A stretch of 32,000 bases of DNA from Vitreoscilla stercoraria DSM 513 (lineage in GTDB: Bacteria; Pseudomonadota; Gammaproteobacteria; Burkholderiales; Neisseriaceae): assembly GCF_000382305.1 (NCBI RefSeq), contig NZ_KB908021.1, positions 134,293-166,292 on the forward strand. Direction: 5' to 3'. A program made the position numbers and the translations under genes. The notes below the pieces were generated by a model. The model did not search any database. It worked only from the letters and a program-made list of their open reading frames with translations, and was not told the origin of the DNA. Every line of letters begins with the position of its first letter. Position 1 is the first letter of the stretch. Below, one piece after another: positions 18,569 through 26,236 of this stretch.

Positions 18569-19738
18569 ATGGCCAAACCAGCTTTGACCAAGCGCCAAAT
18601 GCGTGACGGCGTGAGCACTACCAGCAAACGCAGCAACAATAACAGTAACAGCAAAGCCGCTGTAAAAGCCGGCTATGTGAAAGCTGCCAAAGCCGAACGT
18701 GAGCGCTTACAAGTAGAGCGTTACGAACGCGCACAACGCCAAGACCAAAAACAAACTGGCAAACCTGCCAATCACAAAGCAGAAGCTCGCCCACAAAGCG
18801 GCAATGCCACGACGACCCATGTCACTCGCAGCGAAACACCACGCCCAATGCGCAATCCTAAAGTGCGTGTAGAGCGTGCTAAAAAATTGGCGGTGCGTCA
18901 ACCAAACCAAGAGATTCAAGAAAAAGTGCGTTTTTTCCGTGAAAAACGCTTGGATTTTGAAAAAATTGAGCCAGTTCGCATTCAAAAAGCCTTATCAGCC
19001 TCTGGTGTGGGTTCACGTCGCGAAATGGAACAGTGGATTTTACAAGGTTCAGTGAAAATCAACGGTAAAGTGGCACAAGTGGGCGACAAAGTCGGTCCAC
19101 AAGACCATGTGGAAGTGCGCGGTAACAATATTAAATTGAAATGGCCAGACCGTTTGCCACGCATTTTGTTGTATTACAAACAAGAAGGCGAAATTGTCAG
19201 CCGTGACGATCCACAAGGCCGTGTGACGGTATTTGACCGTTTACCACAAGCCGCTTCTAGCCGTTGGGTCGCGATTGGTCGCTTGGATGTGAACACCAGT
19301 GGTTTGCTCATCATCACCACATCGGGCGCATTGGTGAACCGCTTTGCCCATCCATCGTTTGAAGTAGAACGCGAGTATTCTGTGCGCGTGTTGGGTGAAG
19401 TGACCACCGAACAAATGCAAGAATTGACCGAAGGCGTGGAATTAGAAGACGGCTTTGCCAAAGTAGAACGCATTTTCCAACAAGGCGGCGAAGGTGCCAA
19501 TAAATGGTATAACGTGGTCTTAAAAGAAGGCCGTAACCGTGAAGTACGTCGTTTATTCGAACACTTGGGCTTGACGGTGAGCCGTTTGGTGCGTGTGCGT
19601 TTTGGTCCTATCGGTTTGCCAGCACGTTTGAAACGTGGCAGTTTTTACGAATTGAACGAGTTTGAAGTGGCCAACATCATGCGTTGGTCTGGCTTAGGTG
19701 TACCGGGTGACAAACAAACGCGCGATACAACCAAATAA
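18569..19738 (+). CDS. rluB: 23S rRNA pseudouridine synthase RluB with a long basic N-terminal extension
   Basis: S4 domain (RIQKALSASGVGSRREMEQWI) and RsuA/RluB core (IGRLDVNTSGLLI, KVERIF, NREVRR). The ATG at 18569 has better SD spacing (AGGAG 18558-18562) than the one at 18563. Confidence 0.85.
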   Translation: MAKPALTKRQMRDGVSTTSKRSNNNSNSKAAVKAGYVKAAKAERERLQVERYERAQRQDQKQTGKPANHKAEARPQSGNATTTHVTRSETPRPMRNPKVRVERAKKLAVRQPNQEIQEKVRFFREKRLDFEKIEPVRIQKALSASGVGSRREMEQWILQGSVKINGKVAQVGDKVGPQDHVEVRGNNIKLKWPDRLPRILLYYKQEGEIVSRDDPQGRVTVFDRLPQAASSRWVAIGRLDVNTSGLLIITTSGALVNRFAHPSFEVEREYSVRVLGEVTTEQMQELTEGVELEDGFAKVERIFQQGGEGANKWYNVVLKEGRNREVRRLFEHLGLTVSRLVRVRFGPIGLPARLKRGSFYELNEFEVANIMRWSGLGVPGDKQTRDTTK

Positions 19739-19763
19739 TTATTTTTCATATTCATAATGAAAT

Positions 19764-19793
19764 AAGCGTCCTGTAAATATTTACAGGACGCTT
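19764..19793. terminator. Inverted pair of the uptake-sequence-like motif (terminator of rluB)
   Basis: AAGCGTCCTGTAAAtaTTTACAGGACGCTT followed by TTTATTT. Confidence 0.8.
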
Positions 19794-19932
19794 TTATTTA
19801 TCTTGGGTTATATAAAATTTCATTGACTTGGTCTAAACATATAACTTTTTATTATTGCGACATTTTTTATTCTTCAGTATGGTTAGATTTTGTACGTCAA
19901 AATATACCAAAACCATAATACGGAGAAACAAA

Positions 19933-21204
19933 ATGCGTCATGAAACCGCTGCTTTACATGCAGGTTATGAAATCGATCCAACGACCAAAGCCGTAGCAGT
20001 TCCGATTTACCAAACCACCAGTTATGCTTTTGACAATACCCAACATGGCGCAGATTTATTCAATTTGAATGTCGCGGGCAATATTTATACCCGCATCATG
20101 AATCCGACCACTGCGGTTTTAGAAGCGCGTTTGGCGCAATTGGAAGGCGGCATTGCGGCTTTGTGTGTGGCCTCAGGCATGGCAGCAATCACTTATGCGG
20201 TACAAACTTTGGTCAGCGCAGGCGACAACATCATCGCCACCAAAACCTTATACGGTGGCACTTACAATTTGTTTGCGCATACTTTGCCACACCAAGGCGT
20301 GGAAGTTCGTTTTGTCGATCCTAACCGTCCTGAAGACATCGCAGCATTGACCGATGCCAAAACCAAATTGGTATATTGCGAAAGCATTGGCAATCCTGCC
20401 ATCAATGTCGTGGACATTCCTGCTTTTGCTGATGCGGCACATGCACAAGGCTTGCCATTGGTGGTGGACAATACCGTTGCCACGCCATTGTTGTGTCCTG
20501 CTTTGGCATTGGGTGCGGACATTGTGGTGGAATCGTTGACCAAGTATATTGGTGGTCATGGTAACAGTATTGGTGGTGCGATCATTGATGGCGGCAAATT
20601 CGATTGGGCGGCGCATGCTGAGCGTTTTCCACAATTGACCACGCCTGATGCGTCGTATCATGGCGTCAATTACAGCGAGCATTTTGGTGCAGCAGCGTTT
20701 ATTGCTCGTGCGCGTGTGGTGCCGCTGCGCAATATGGGTGCGGCTATCAGCCCGATGAATACATTTTTGATTTTACAAGGTTTGGAAACTTTGGCTTTGC
20801 GCATGGAACGCCATTGTGACAATGCTTTGAAAGTGGCTCAATTCTTACAAAACCATGAGCAAGTGGCGTGGGTGAATTATCCGGGTTTGGATAACAGTCC
20901 TTACAAAGCTTTGATTGAGCGTGATTTTGGCGGTAAAGCGTCGGGCTTGCTCAGTTTTGGTTTGAAAGATGGTCGTGAAGCTGGTGCACGTTTCATTGAT
21001 GCTTTGCAATTGTTCACCCGTTTGGTCAATATTGGTGATGCGAAATCTTTGGCGTGTCATCCTGCCACCACCACACACCGCCAATTGAGCGATGAAGAGT
21101 TACAGGCCGCTGGCGTGAGTGCCGATTTGGTGCGTTTGAGTGTGGGTATTGAGCACATTGAGGATTTGCTGGCGGATTTAGAGCAGGCTTTGGCGGCGGT
21201 TTAG
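19933..21204 (+). CDS. metY: O-acetylhomoserine aminocarboxypropyltransferase (sulfhydrylase), PLP-dependent
   Basis: MRHETAALHAGYE start with the PLP lysine context ESLTKYIGGHG. I trimmed the start to the ATG at 19933, which has the SD GGAGA. Confidence 0.85.
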   Translation: MRHETAALHAGYEIDPTTKAVAVPIYQTTSYAFDNTQHGADLFNLNVAGNIYTRIMNPTTAVLEARLAQLEGGIAALCVASGMAAITYAVQTLVSAGDNIIATKTLYGGTYNLFAHTLPHQGVEVRFVDPNRPEDIAALTDAKTKLVYCESIGNPAINVVDIPAFADAAHAQGLPLVVDNTVATPLLCPALALGADIVVESLTKYIGGHGNSIGGAIIDGGKFDWAAHAERFPQLTTPDASYHGVNYSEHFGAAAFIARARVVPLRNMGAAISPMNTFLILQGLETLALRMERHCDNALKVAQFLQNHEQVAWVNYPGLDNSPYKALIERDFGGKASGLLSFGLKDGREAGARFIDALQLFTRLVNIGDAKSLACHPATTTHRQLSDEELQAAGVSADLVRLSVGIEHIEDLLADLEQALAAV

Positions 21205-21231
21205 TGTATTTTTAATGTTGAGGAAATTTTT

Positions 21232-21441
21232 ATGTATGAAGAAAGTAAACAACGAGCCATTAAACATGGCTATATAAGATATGAGAACTATCTCGGATAT
21301 AATGGGGAAGTATATGTTAAGAATAAGAAAATTTGGATACATAATATTGAGGCGCTAAAACATGAGCTTGGTTATACAAACGATAATAATCTTATAGAGC
21401 TTGGATATAACGTAGACGATTATTATCGATATAATGTTTGA
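21232..21441 (+). CDS. Hypothetical 69-aa Tyr/Asn-rich protein, markedly lower GC than its neighbours
   Basis: SD GAGGAA sits 7 nt upstream. It uses ATA/AGA/TTA codons that are rare in flanking genes. It lies between the metY stop and the motif-pair terminator. Confidence 0.5.
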   Translation: MYEESKQRAIKHGYIRYENYLGYNGEVYVKNKKIWIHNIEALKHELGYTNDNNLIELGYNVDDYYRYNV

Positions 21442-21471
21442 AAATTTAGATGAGATTTTAAAGTAGTTAAC

Positions 21472-21500
21472 AAGCGTCCTGTAACATTTACAGGACGCTT
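21472..21500. terminator. Inverted pair of the uptake-sequence-like motif (bidirectional terminator)
   Basis: AAGCGTCCTGTAAcaTTTACAGGACGCTT between convergent genes. Confidence 0.8.
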
Positions 21501-21515
21501 GTTTATATCTTAAAT

Positions 21516-22637
21516 TTATATCGTTGTCACTTGTATGTCTTTGCGCACCAACACGCCTACTGTTTCGTAATGCTGCGTGGCTGGAAACAAATCAAACAAA
21601 TCCACTTGCACCAATTCATATTCATCCAAACAAGTCACCATATCACGAGCAAAACTGGTCGGCTCACAAGCGATGAAAATCACTGCTTTGGGTTGGAATG
21701 CGGCGACAAAGTCTTTTAAGTTTTTCAAGCCTGAACGTGGTGGGTCGATAATTAAGCACGTTGGTTGCTGCAAATGTGTGGGAATAGCGGCCTGTAAACG
21801 TGTTAAAGCATCTTTGGCATACAGGTTTTGTGAAACAAATGTTTGAGTCTCGGTATTTTCAGGAGTATTGTCGCCATATTGATCCACGACCAAAGTTTGT
21901 TTGCCCAAAGGCAAGCTCAAATTGCCATTGCCGCCAAACAAATCATAAATGACCGCATCTTGTGGCAAATATTGCGTTGTCAAATGTGCCAACCATGTGG
22001 TGAGATAATGGTTCATGTGTGGGAAAACTTGCGTAAAACCACCATTGGCATAAGGACGGTTGACGCTGATGTGTATTTCATCGTCACGCCAATACAATTC
22101 AATGTGACCGCGTACAGGTTCTTGTTCGACCAATTGTAGCCATGCTTGGTTTTCATACAAACCTAAAACCGCTTCACGCACTTGTGCTTGCATCAATTGG
22201 CATTGAGAAACGGCAAACGGTTCATAATTAACATCCATCAGACCCAAAATTTGTTTGTCTTTTTGGTAATGCAATTGCACGCGGTTGCGATAATGAAAAC
22301 GCTGTGGTGCAGCATGTACGGTAATATCCACAGGTGGGAATTTGCGTAGGTGGCGTTGTAAGGCTTGTTGCTTGAAATTCAATTCGGTTGGATAGTCCAC
22401 ATGTTGGTAATCACAACCACCACATTGTGCATAATGAGGACAAGGCACATCTTGGCGTTTGGGTGAAGCTTGAATGATGTCGATGACATGGGCAAAGTGG
22501 ATGTTTTTTTTGCTGCGATAGACTTTGGCCTCTACTATTTCTTCAGGTAAGGTTTTGGCAATAAATGTAATTTGTCCATCGTCTTTGGCCACGCCTTGCC
22601 CCATGGTGTCCAAATCTATGATTTTGTAGTGCGTCAT
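21516..22637 (-). CDS. rlmD: 23S rRNA (uracil-5)-methyltransferase, RumA/RlmD family
   Basis: 373 aa with a short TRAM-like N-terminus, the Fe-S cysteine cluster CPHYAQCGGCDYQH, the SAM-binding region DLFGGNGN and the catalytic IACEPTS. Confidence 0.75.
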   Translation of the reverse strand: MTHYKIIDLDTMGQGVAKDDGQITFIAKTLPEEIVEAKVYRSKKNIHFAHVIDIIQASPKRQDVPCPHYAQCGGCDYQHVDYPTELNFKQQALQRHLRKFPPVDITVHAAPQRFHYRNRVQLHYQKDKQILGLMDVNYEPFAVSQCQLMQAQVREAVLGLYENQAWLQLVEQEPVRGHIELYWRDDEIHISVNRPYANGGFTQVFPHMNHYLTTWLAHLTTQYLPQDAVIYDLFGGNGNLSLPLGKQTLVVDQYGDNTPENTETQTFVSQNLYAKDALTRLQAAIPTHLQQPTCLIIDPPRSGLKNLKDFVAAFQPKAVIFIACEPTSFARDMVTCLDEYELVQVDLFDLFPATQHYETVGVLVRKDIQVTTI

Positions 22638-22791
22638 AATATTGTATAAGTCTTTATTGAAGCGAATTTGCCGCTATTGTACGCTAAAATAGGCAGGGTT
22701 TTAGCTGCATTATGGTACATCCATGCTAAAGCACGTAAATTTCAAAATAACATCACAACATATTTTTGGGCAGTAGAAAGCATAAGTACAC

Positions 22792-24012
22792 ATGGCATTG
22801 ACAGAATCTTGGTTAAAATCCCACCACCAAAAACCACATGACAAAGTCACAGAAGTGGCAGACAGGGACGGTATGAGTGTGCGGGTATCGCCTAAAGGGA
22901 AAATTGTGTTTCAATTGCGCTTTCGCTGGCGTGGGAAAGCGCAACGTTTGGATTTAGGCGTTTATCCTGACATGTCATTGAAACAAGCACGCTTACACAC
23001 TTGGGAGATGCGGGAGCAAATCGCTCAAGGCATAGACCCCAAGCAAGGCTTACAGGCCGCTTCTGATGATGATTTGCCTGCGGTTTTCGAGCGTTGGTAT
23101 CAGGCTTATTGTGTTGTAAACAAGAAAAACCATGCCGATATCAAACGCTCTTTTGAAATTCATGTCTTTCCGCATTTTCAACGTCAATGTTTTGGTGACA
23201 TCAGTTTGCAGCAATGGATGTTGTTATTGGACGATTTGGCTTTGCACAAAGAATCGATTGCCGCGCGGATTTTGTCCAATGCGCAACAATTGTACAAATG
23301 GGCGATGAAACGTGAATATGCCAAGCACAATGTCTTATTGGGTATTTCTGCCAAACATGATTTGCAAGTGAAAAAACGCAGTGGTGATAGGGTATTGAGC
23401 CAGACTGAAATTCAATGGCTGTGGCATGCTTTGAGTCATTCGCGCATGATGCTGAAAAACCAATTGTTTGTGAAACTGTGTTTGTTGTATGGTTGTCGCA
23501 ATGGTGAATTGCGCTTGGCTAAAAAAAGCGATTTTGATTTTCACACCAAAGTCTGGACTGTTCCACAAGAAAATCACAAAACAGGTGCTATCAGCGGTAA
23601 AGCTTTGTTGCGTCCCATAACCTCGCATACCGAGGCTTTATTGCATTTGGCCATGGATTTGAATGACAGTGAATTTTTGTTTTGTAATGCAGGTGGCGTA
23701 GAAGCGATGTCACGTTCTGTGCCTTTGTCTTTACCAACCAATATCATGCAATGGTTGAAATCTCAGCACCAAATAGACATGCCATATTGGTCTATGCATG
23801 ACTTGCGCCGTACCGCCCGCACCAATTTTAGCCGTTTGACCACGTTTGAAGTGGCTGAAATCATGTTAGGTCATGCATTACCTAAAATACAGGCCACTTA
23901 CGATCATTATGATTATTTGAGTGAGCAAACGGTGGCGTATGAAAAGTGGCATGAATGTGTTTTGGGATGGGTTAGCCATCATGATTTAGAAAAGCTGGCG
24001 TCCATCTTTTGA
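22792..24012 (+). CDS. int: Tyrosine-type site-specific integrase, P4/CP4-57/SXT-like with an N-terminal arm-binding (DUF4102-type) domain
   Basis: 406 aa. N-terminus DRDGMSVRVSPKGKIVFQLRFRWRGKAQRLDLGVYPDMSLKQAR, catalytic region HDLRRTARTNF...LGHALP...TYDHYDY. Confidence 0.9.
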   Translation: MALTESWLKSHHQKPHDKVTEVADRDGMSVRVSPKGKIVFQLRFRWRGKAQRLDLGVYPDMSLKQARLHTWEMREQIAQGIDPKQGLQAASDDDLPAVFERWYQAYCVVNKKNHADIKRSFEIHVFPHFQRQCFGDISLQQWMLLLDDLALHKESIAARILSNAQQLYKWAMKREYAKHNVLLGISAKHDLQVKKRSGDRVLSQTEIQWLWHALSHSRMMLKNQLFVKLCLLYGCRNGELRLAKKSDFDFHTKVWTVPQENHKTGAISGKALLRPITSHTEALLHLAMDLNDSEFLFCNAGGVEAMSRSVPLSLPTNIMQWLKSQHQIDMPYWSMHDLRRTARTNFSRLTTFEVAEIMLGHALPKIQATYDHYDYLSEQTVAYEKWHECVLGWVSHHDLEKLASIF

Positions 24013-24103
24013 TACATAGTCAGTATCATAAAATTAGTTTTCTATTTTCAAATTTCAAAACGAGTTAGGTTACTGAATGAATTGAGGGCAGTCATTAATG
24101 AAT

Positions 24104-24113
24104 CATCCCGATG
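24104..24113 (+). repeat. att-like core CATCCCGATG, copy 1 (direct repeat of prfC codons 20-22)
   Basis: Exact 10-mer, 92 bp after the integrase stop. The only other copy in the window is at 27138-27147. Confidence 0.45.
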
Positions 24114-24177
24114 ACTTTTAGCAATGGTTTCGTTACTTTTAACTTTTTTGCCAACAATCAATAATGCAGCACAGACA

Positions 24178-24207
24178 AAGCGTCCTGTAAATGTTTACAG
24201 GACGCTT
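24178..24207. terminator. Inverted pair of the uptake-sequence-like motif inside the integrase island
   Basis: AAGCGTCCTGTAAAtgTTTACAGGACGCTT followed by TTATTTTT. Confidence 0.8.
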
Positions 24208-24226
24208 TTATTTTTACAATTTTGAT

Positions 24227-24379
24227 TTATGTGCTGGTATCACAAAGCAACACAGCTTTGTTTTTTTGTGTATCTAAGCTCGCTTGATATGTCGTGTCCA
24301 TCTCTATATTTACCTCTGTTTGATATTGAACCGATTTCAGCGTGTTTTTGACGCTGGCATATGGTGCATCAAACGTCAT
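24227..24379 (-). CDS. Hypothetical 50-aa ORF abutting the IS3 left end (possible gene remnant)
   Basis: My own translation is MTFDAPYASVKNTLKSVQYQTEVNIEMDTTYQASLDTQKNKAVLLCDTST. The ATG lies 2 nt from the IS end. I saw no SD. Confidence 0.2.
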   Translation of the reverse strand: MTFDAPYASVKNTLKSVQYQTEVNIEMDTTYQASLDTQKNKAVLLCDTST

Positions 24380-24431
24380 GATGAACCGCCCCGGGTTTCT
24401 CGGAGACCTAACTTTCTGAGAGAATATCCGA

Positions 24432-24737
24432 ATGAAAAATACTTACTCACCTGAAATCCGTCAACGAGCGGTTCGCCTTTATCAAGAACAGCGCAGTGAA
24501 TATCCAACTCAGTGGGCCGCCACAGTGTCCATTGCCAGCAAGTTTGGCTGTACACCAGAAACACTGCGCACTTGGATTAAGAAGTTTGAAGCTGATCTGG
24601 CCGATAATGGGGCAGCGGCTGATCAAGCTCAACGCATTAAACAGCTCGAAAGAGACAATAAAGAGCTGCAACGCGCCAATGAAATTCTGCGCAAAGCTGC
24701 CGCTTTTTTCGCCCAGGCGGAGCTCGACCGCAAATAG
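24432..24737 (+). CDS. IS3-family transposase OrfA (HTH)
   Basis: 101 aa. The HTH region is followed by a leucine-zipper-like segment, LERDNKELQRANEILRKAAAFFAQ. Confidence 0.9.
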   Translation: MKNTYSPEIRQRAVRLYQEQRSEYPTQWAATVSIASKFGCTPETLRTWIKKFEADLADNGAAADQAQRIKQLERDNKELQRANEILRKAAAFFAQAELDRK

Positions 24738-25642
24738 GCGATTTGTTGGATTTTATTCATGAACACAAAATGGTGTATGGGGTCGAGTCAATTTGCCGAG
24801 TATTGCCGATTGCGCCATCCACTTATTATCGACATGCGCAAAGATTGAAACAGCCTGAATTGCGAGCCAAACGGTGCGTGTCGGATAAATGTTTATTGGC
24901 TCAAATCAACACTGTTTGGGAAGATAGTTTGCAAGTTTATGGTTACCGCAAAGTCTGGCACCAATTACAACGTGAAGGCGTTCAAGTTGCCCGCTGTACA
25001 GTTGCCAGACTGATGCGCAAACACAGCATACAAGGGGTTTGGCGGGGTAAAGGCAAACGCACTACAGTGTGTGATCCAGAGTTGCAACGGGCCGATGATT
25101 TGGTGAATCGGCAGTTTACAGCCAGTCGGCCAAATCAATTGTGGGTAGCCGATTTCACCTATGTGTCTACCCACCAGGGCTTTGTGTATACGGCTTTCAT
25201 CATCGATGTGTTTGCTCGGCGCATTGTTGGTTGGAAGGTGGCAAAACGGATGGATACCGACTTGGTGATGGATGCATTGGAGCAGGCTTTGCATGCCAGA
25301 AACAAGCCCAAACACCTCATTCACCACAGTGATCGAGGCAGCCAATATCTGTCGATTCGTTACACCGAACGTTTACAGGCCGCTCAAGTGAAGGCTTCGG
25401 TCGGAACAACTGGTGATTCGTATGACAATGCTTTGGCTGAAACGGTGAATGGTTTGTACAAAACTGAGGTCATCCATCATCAAAAACCATGGAGGCGGAT
25501 GATTGATGTTGAATTAGCAACACTAAACTGGGTGGATTGGTTCAATCATCGACGTTTGTTAAGCTCGATAGGTTATGTTCCACCAGCCGAATTTGAAATG
25601 GCGTATTATCGCCAATTGGAAGAGTCAGCCAAAGTGGCATGA
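24704..25642 (+). CDS. IS3-family transposase OrfB (DDE), expressed as OrfAB by -1 frameshift
   Basis: The slippery heptamer T_TTT_TTC sits at 24704-24710 in the orfA frame. The -1 frame is open from 24683. DDE motifs are WVADFTY, HSDRGSQY and DNALAE. Confidence 0.85.
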   Translation, partial: FFRPGGARPQIGDLLDFIHEHKMVYGVESICRVLPIAPSTYYRHAQRLKQPELRAKRCVSDKCLLAQINTVWEDSLQVYGYRKVWHQLQREGVQVARCTVARLMRKHSIQGVWRGKGKRTTVCDPELQRADDLVNRQFTASRPNQLWVADFTYVSTHQGFVYTAFIIDVFARRIVGWKVAKRMDTDLVMDALEQALHARNKPKHLIHHSDRGSQYLSIRYTERLQAAQVKASVGTTGDSYDNALAETVNGLYKTEVIHHQKPWRRMIDVELATLNWVDWFNHRRLLSSIGYVPPAEFEMAYYRQLEESAKVA

Positions 25643-25776
25643 CTCAAGATAAACTGTCTCCGAAATACTTGGGTCGGTTCATTCAACTTGGCATCATCGC
25701 TTTAAATCTTTATTGAATGAATTTCCTGATATTGATATTGACAGTTGGAAACTATGGAGTTCTTAAAATGAGAAAG

Positions 25777-25824
25777 CCCCCATTCTTGTTTTTCCTAGCC
25801 AAAAAAGCTAGGCAAAAATGGGGG
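25777..25824. other. Nested double hairpin just right of the IS3 element
   Basis: Outer stem CCCCCAT / ATGGGGG encloses the inner stem CCTAGC-CAAAAAA-GCTAGG. Confidence 0.5.
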
Positions 25825-25860
25825 AGTTATTAGAATGAATTATATTTTTATCAGCCTTGA

Positions 25861-25888
25861 TTGTCAACGTATTTCTATTGACTAATAT
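25861..25888 (+). promoter_or_regulatory. Candidate sigma70 promoter
   Basis: TTGTCA (25861-25866), a 16-nt spacer, then TAATAT (25883-25888). Confidence 0.35.
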
Positions 25889-25936
25889 TGTAAATTCTGT
25901 TAATTCAAAAGCCTAAGAAATAATATTTACATAGGG

Positions 25937-25961
25937 AACGGTCCGAAAAGGCCGTTTTTTT
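25937..25961 (+). terminator. Rho-independent terminator about 40 nt upstream of the three-gene cassette
   Basis: Stem AACGG(T)CC / GGCCGTT with a GAAAA loop. The T-run is 7 nt, its first two T's completing the stem. Confidence 0.65.
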
Positions 25962-26002
25962 ATTCTTACAATGGATTCACTTTTAATTGAAAGGTGAAAC
26001 CG

Positions 26003-26236
26003 ATGCAACAGATTACTTTAACGGCCCAAGAGGCTGTAAAAGTCCAAGATTTGAACGTGGCATGGATGCAAAAATGGCTGAACGTACATGGCGCTTATCC
26101 TGCTCTGATTGTTGATGGCGATGGTGGCAGTTTAACCCGTGCAGCCATCATTCAATTATTCGCCAACAAAAATGCCATGCCGATTCTGGAATTCCAACTA
26201 CAACACATTGCTGAGCAGTTGGGTGATACCAAATGA
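26003..26236 (+). CDS. Small protein with a peptidoglycan-binding-like (PG_binding_1-type) repeat and no catalytic domain
   Basis: MQKWLNVHGAYPALIVDGDGGSLTRAAIIQLF fits the LQ..L...GY.p..vDG.fG..T..Av..FQ pattern. SD AAGG lies 8 nt upstream of the ATG at 26003. Confidence 0.5.
   Translation: MQQITLTAQEAVKVQDLNVAWMQKWLNVHGAYPALIVDGDGGSLTRAAIIQLFANKNAMPILEFQLQHIAEQLGDTK

Larger units (their letters stand above)
24382..25681 (+). mobile_element. IS3-family insertion sequence (about 1.3 kb)
   Basis: Imperfect terminal IRs: TGAACCGCCCCGGGTTTCTCGGAGAC on the left versus the reverse complement of GTCTCCGAAATACTTGGGTCGGTTCA on the right. It has orfA plus orfB in the -1 frame. I found no flanking direct repeat. 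Confidence 0.9.

Noticed and set aside
19794-19932. A SAM-type riboswitch or Met-box control upstream of metY.
   Set aside because: I could not identify conserved riboswitch helices or repeated operator boxes in the 139-nt AT-rich leader. A covariance-model scan would be needed.
22628-22665. Similarity between the rlmD start region (GTGCGTCATAATATTGTATAAGTCTTTATT) and the dif-like region at 30257-30298 (shared CATAATAT and AAGTCTT), which might indicate a second dif-like or att site.
   Set aside because: The left part is simply the reverse complement of the rlmD start codons (ATGACGCAC). No XerD-arm match is present. Short AT-rich matches of this kind are expected by chance.
22695-22712. Shared GTTTTAG.TGCA between 22698-22710 and the terminator loop at 26990-27002, as possible island boundary repeats.
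   Set aside because: The match is only 7+4 nt, and the second copy is part of a terminator hairpin. The CATCCCGATG repeat is a far better boundary candidate.
22638-22791. An expected tRNA or tmRNA gene next to the P4-type integrase.
   Set aside because: I could not fold any cloverleaf-like or acceptor/T-arm sequence in the 154-bp spacer or elsewhere in the window. This absence is part of why the prfC-target hypothesis is raised.
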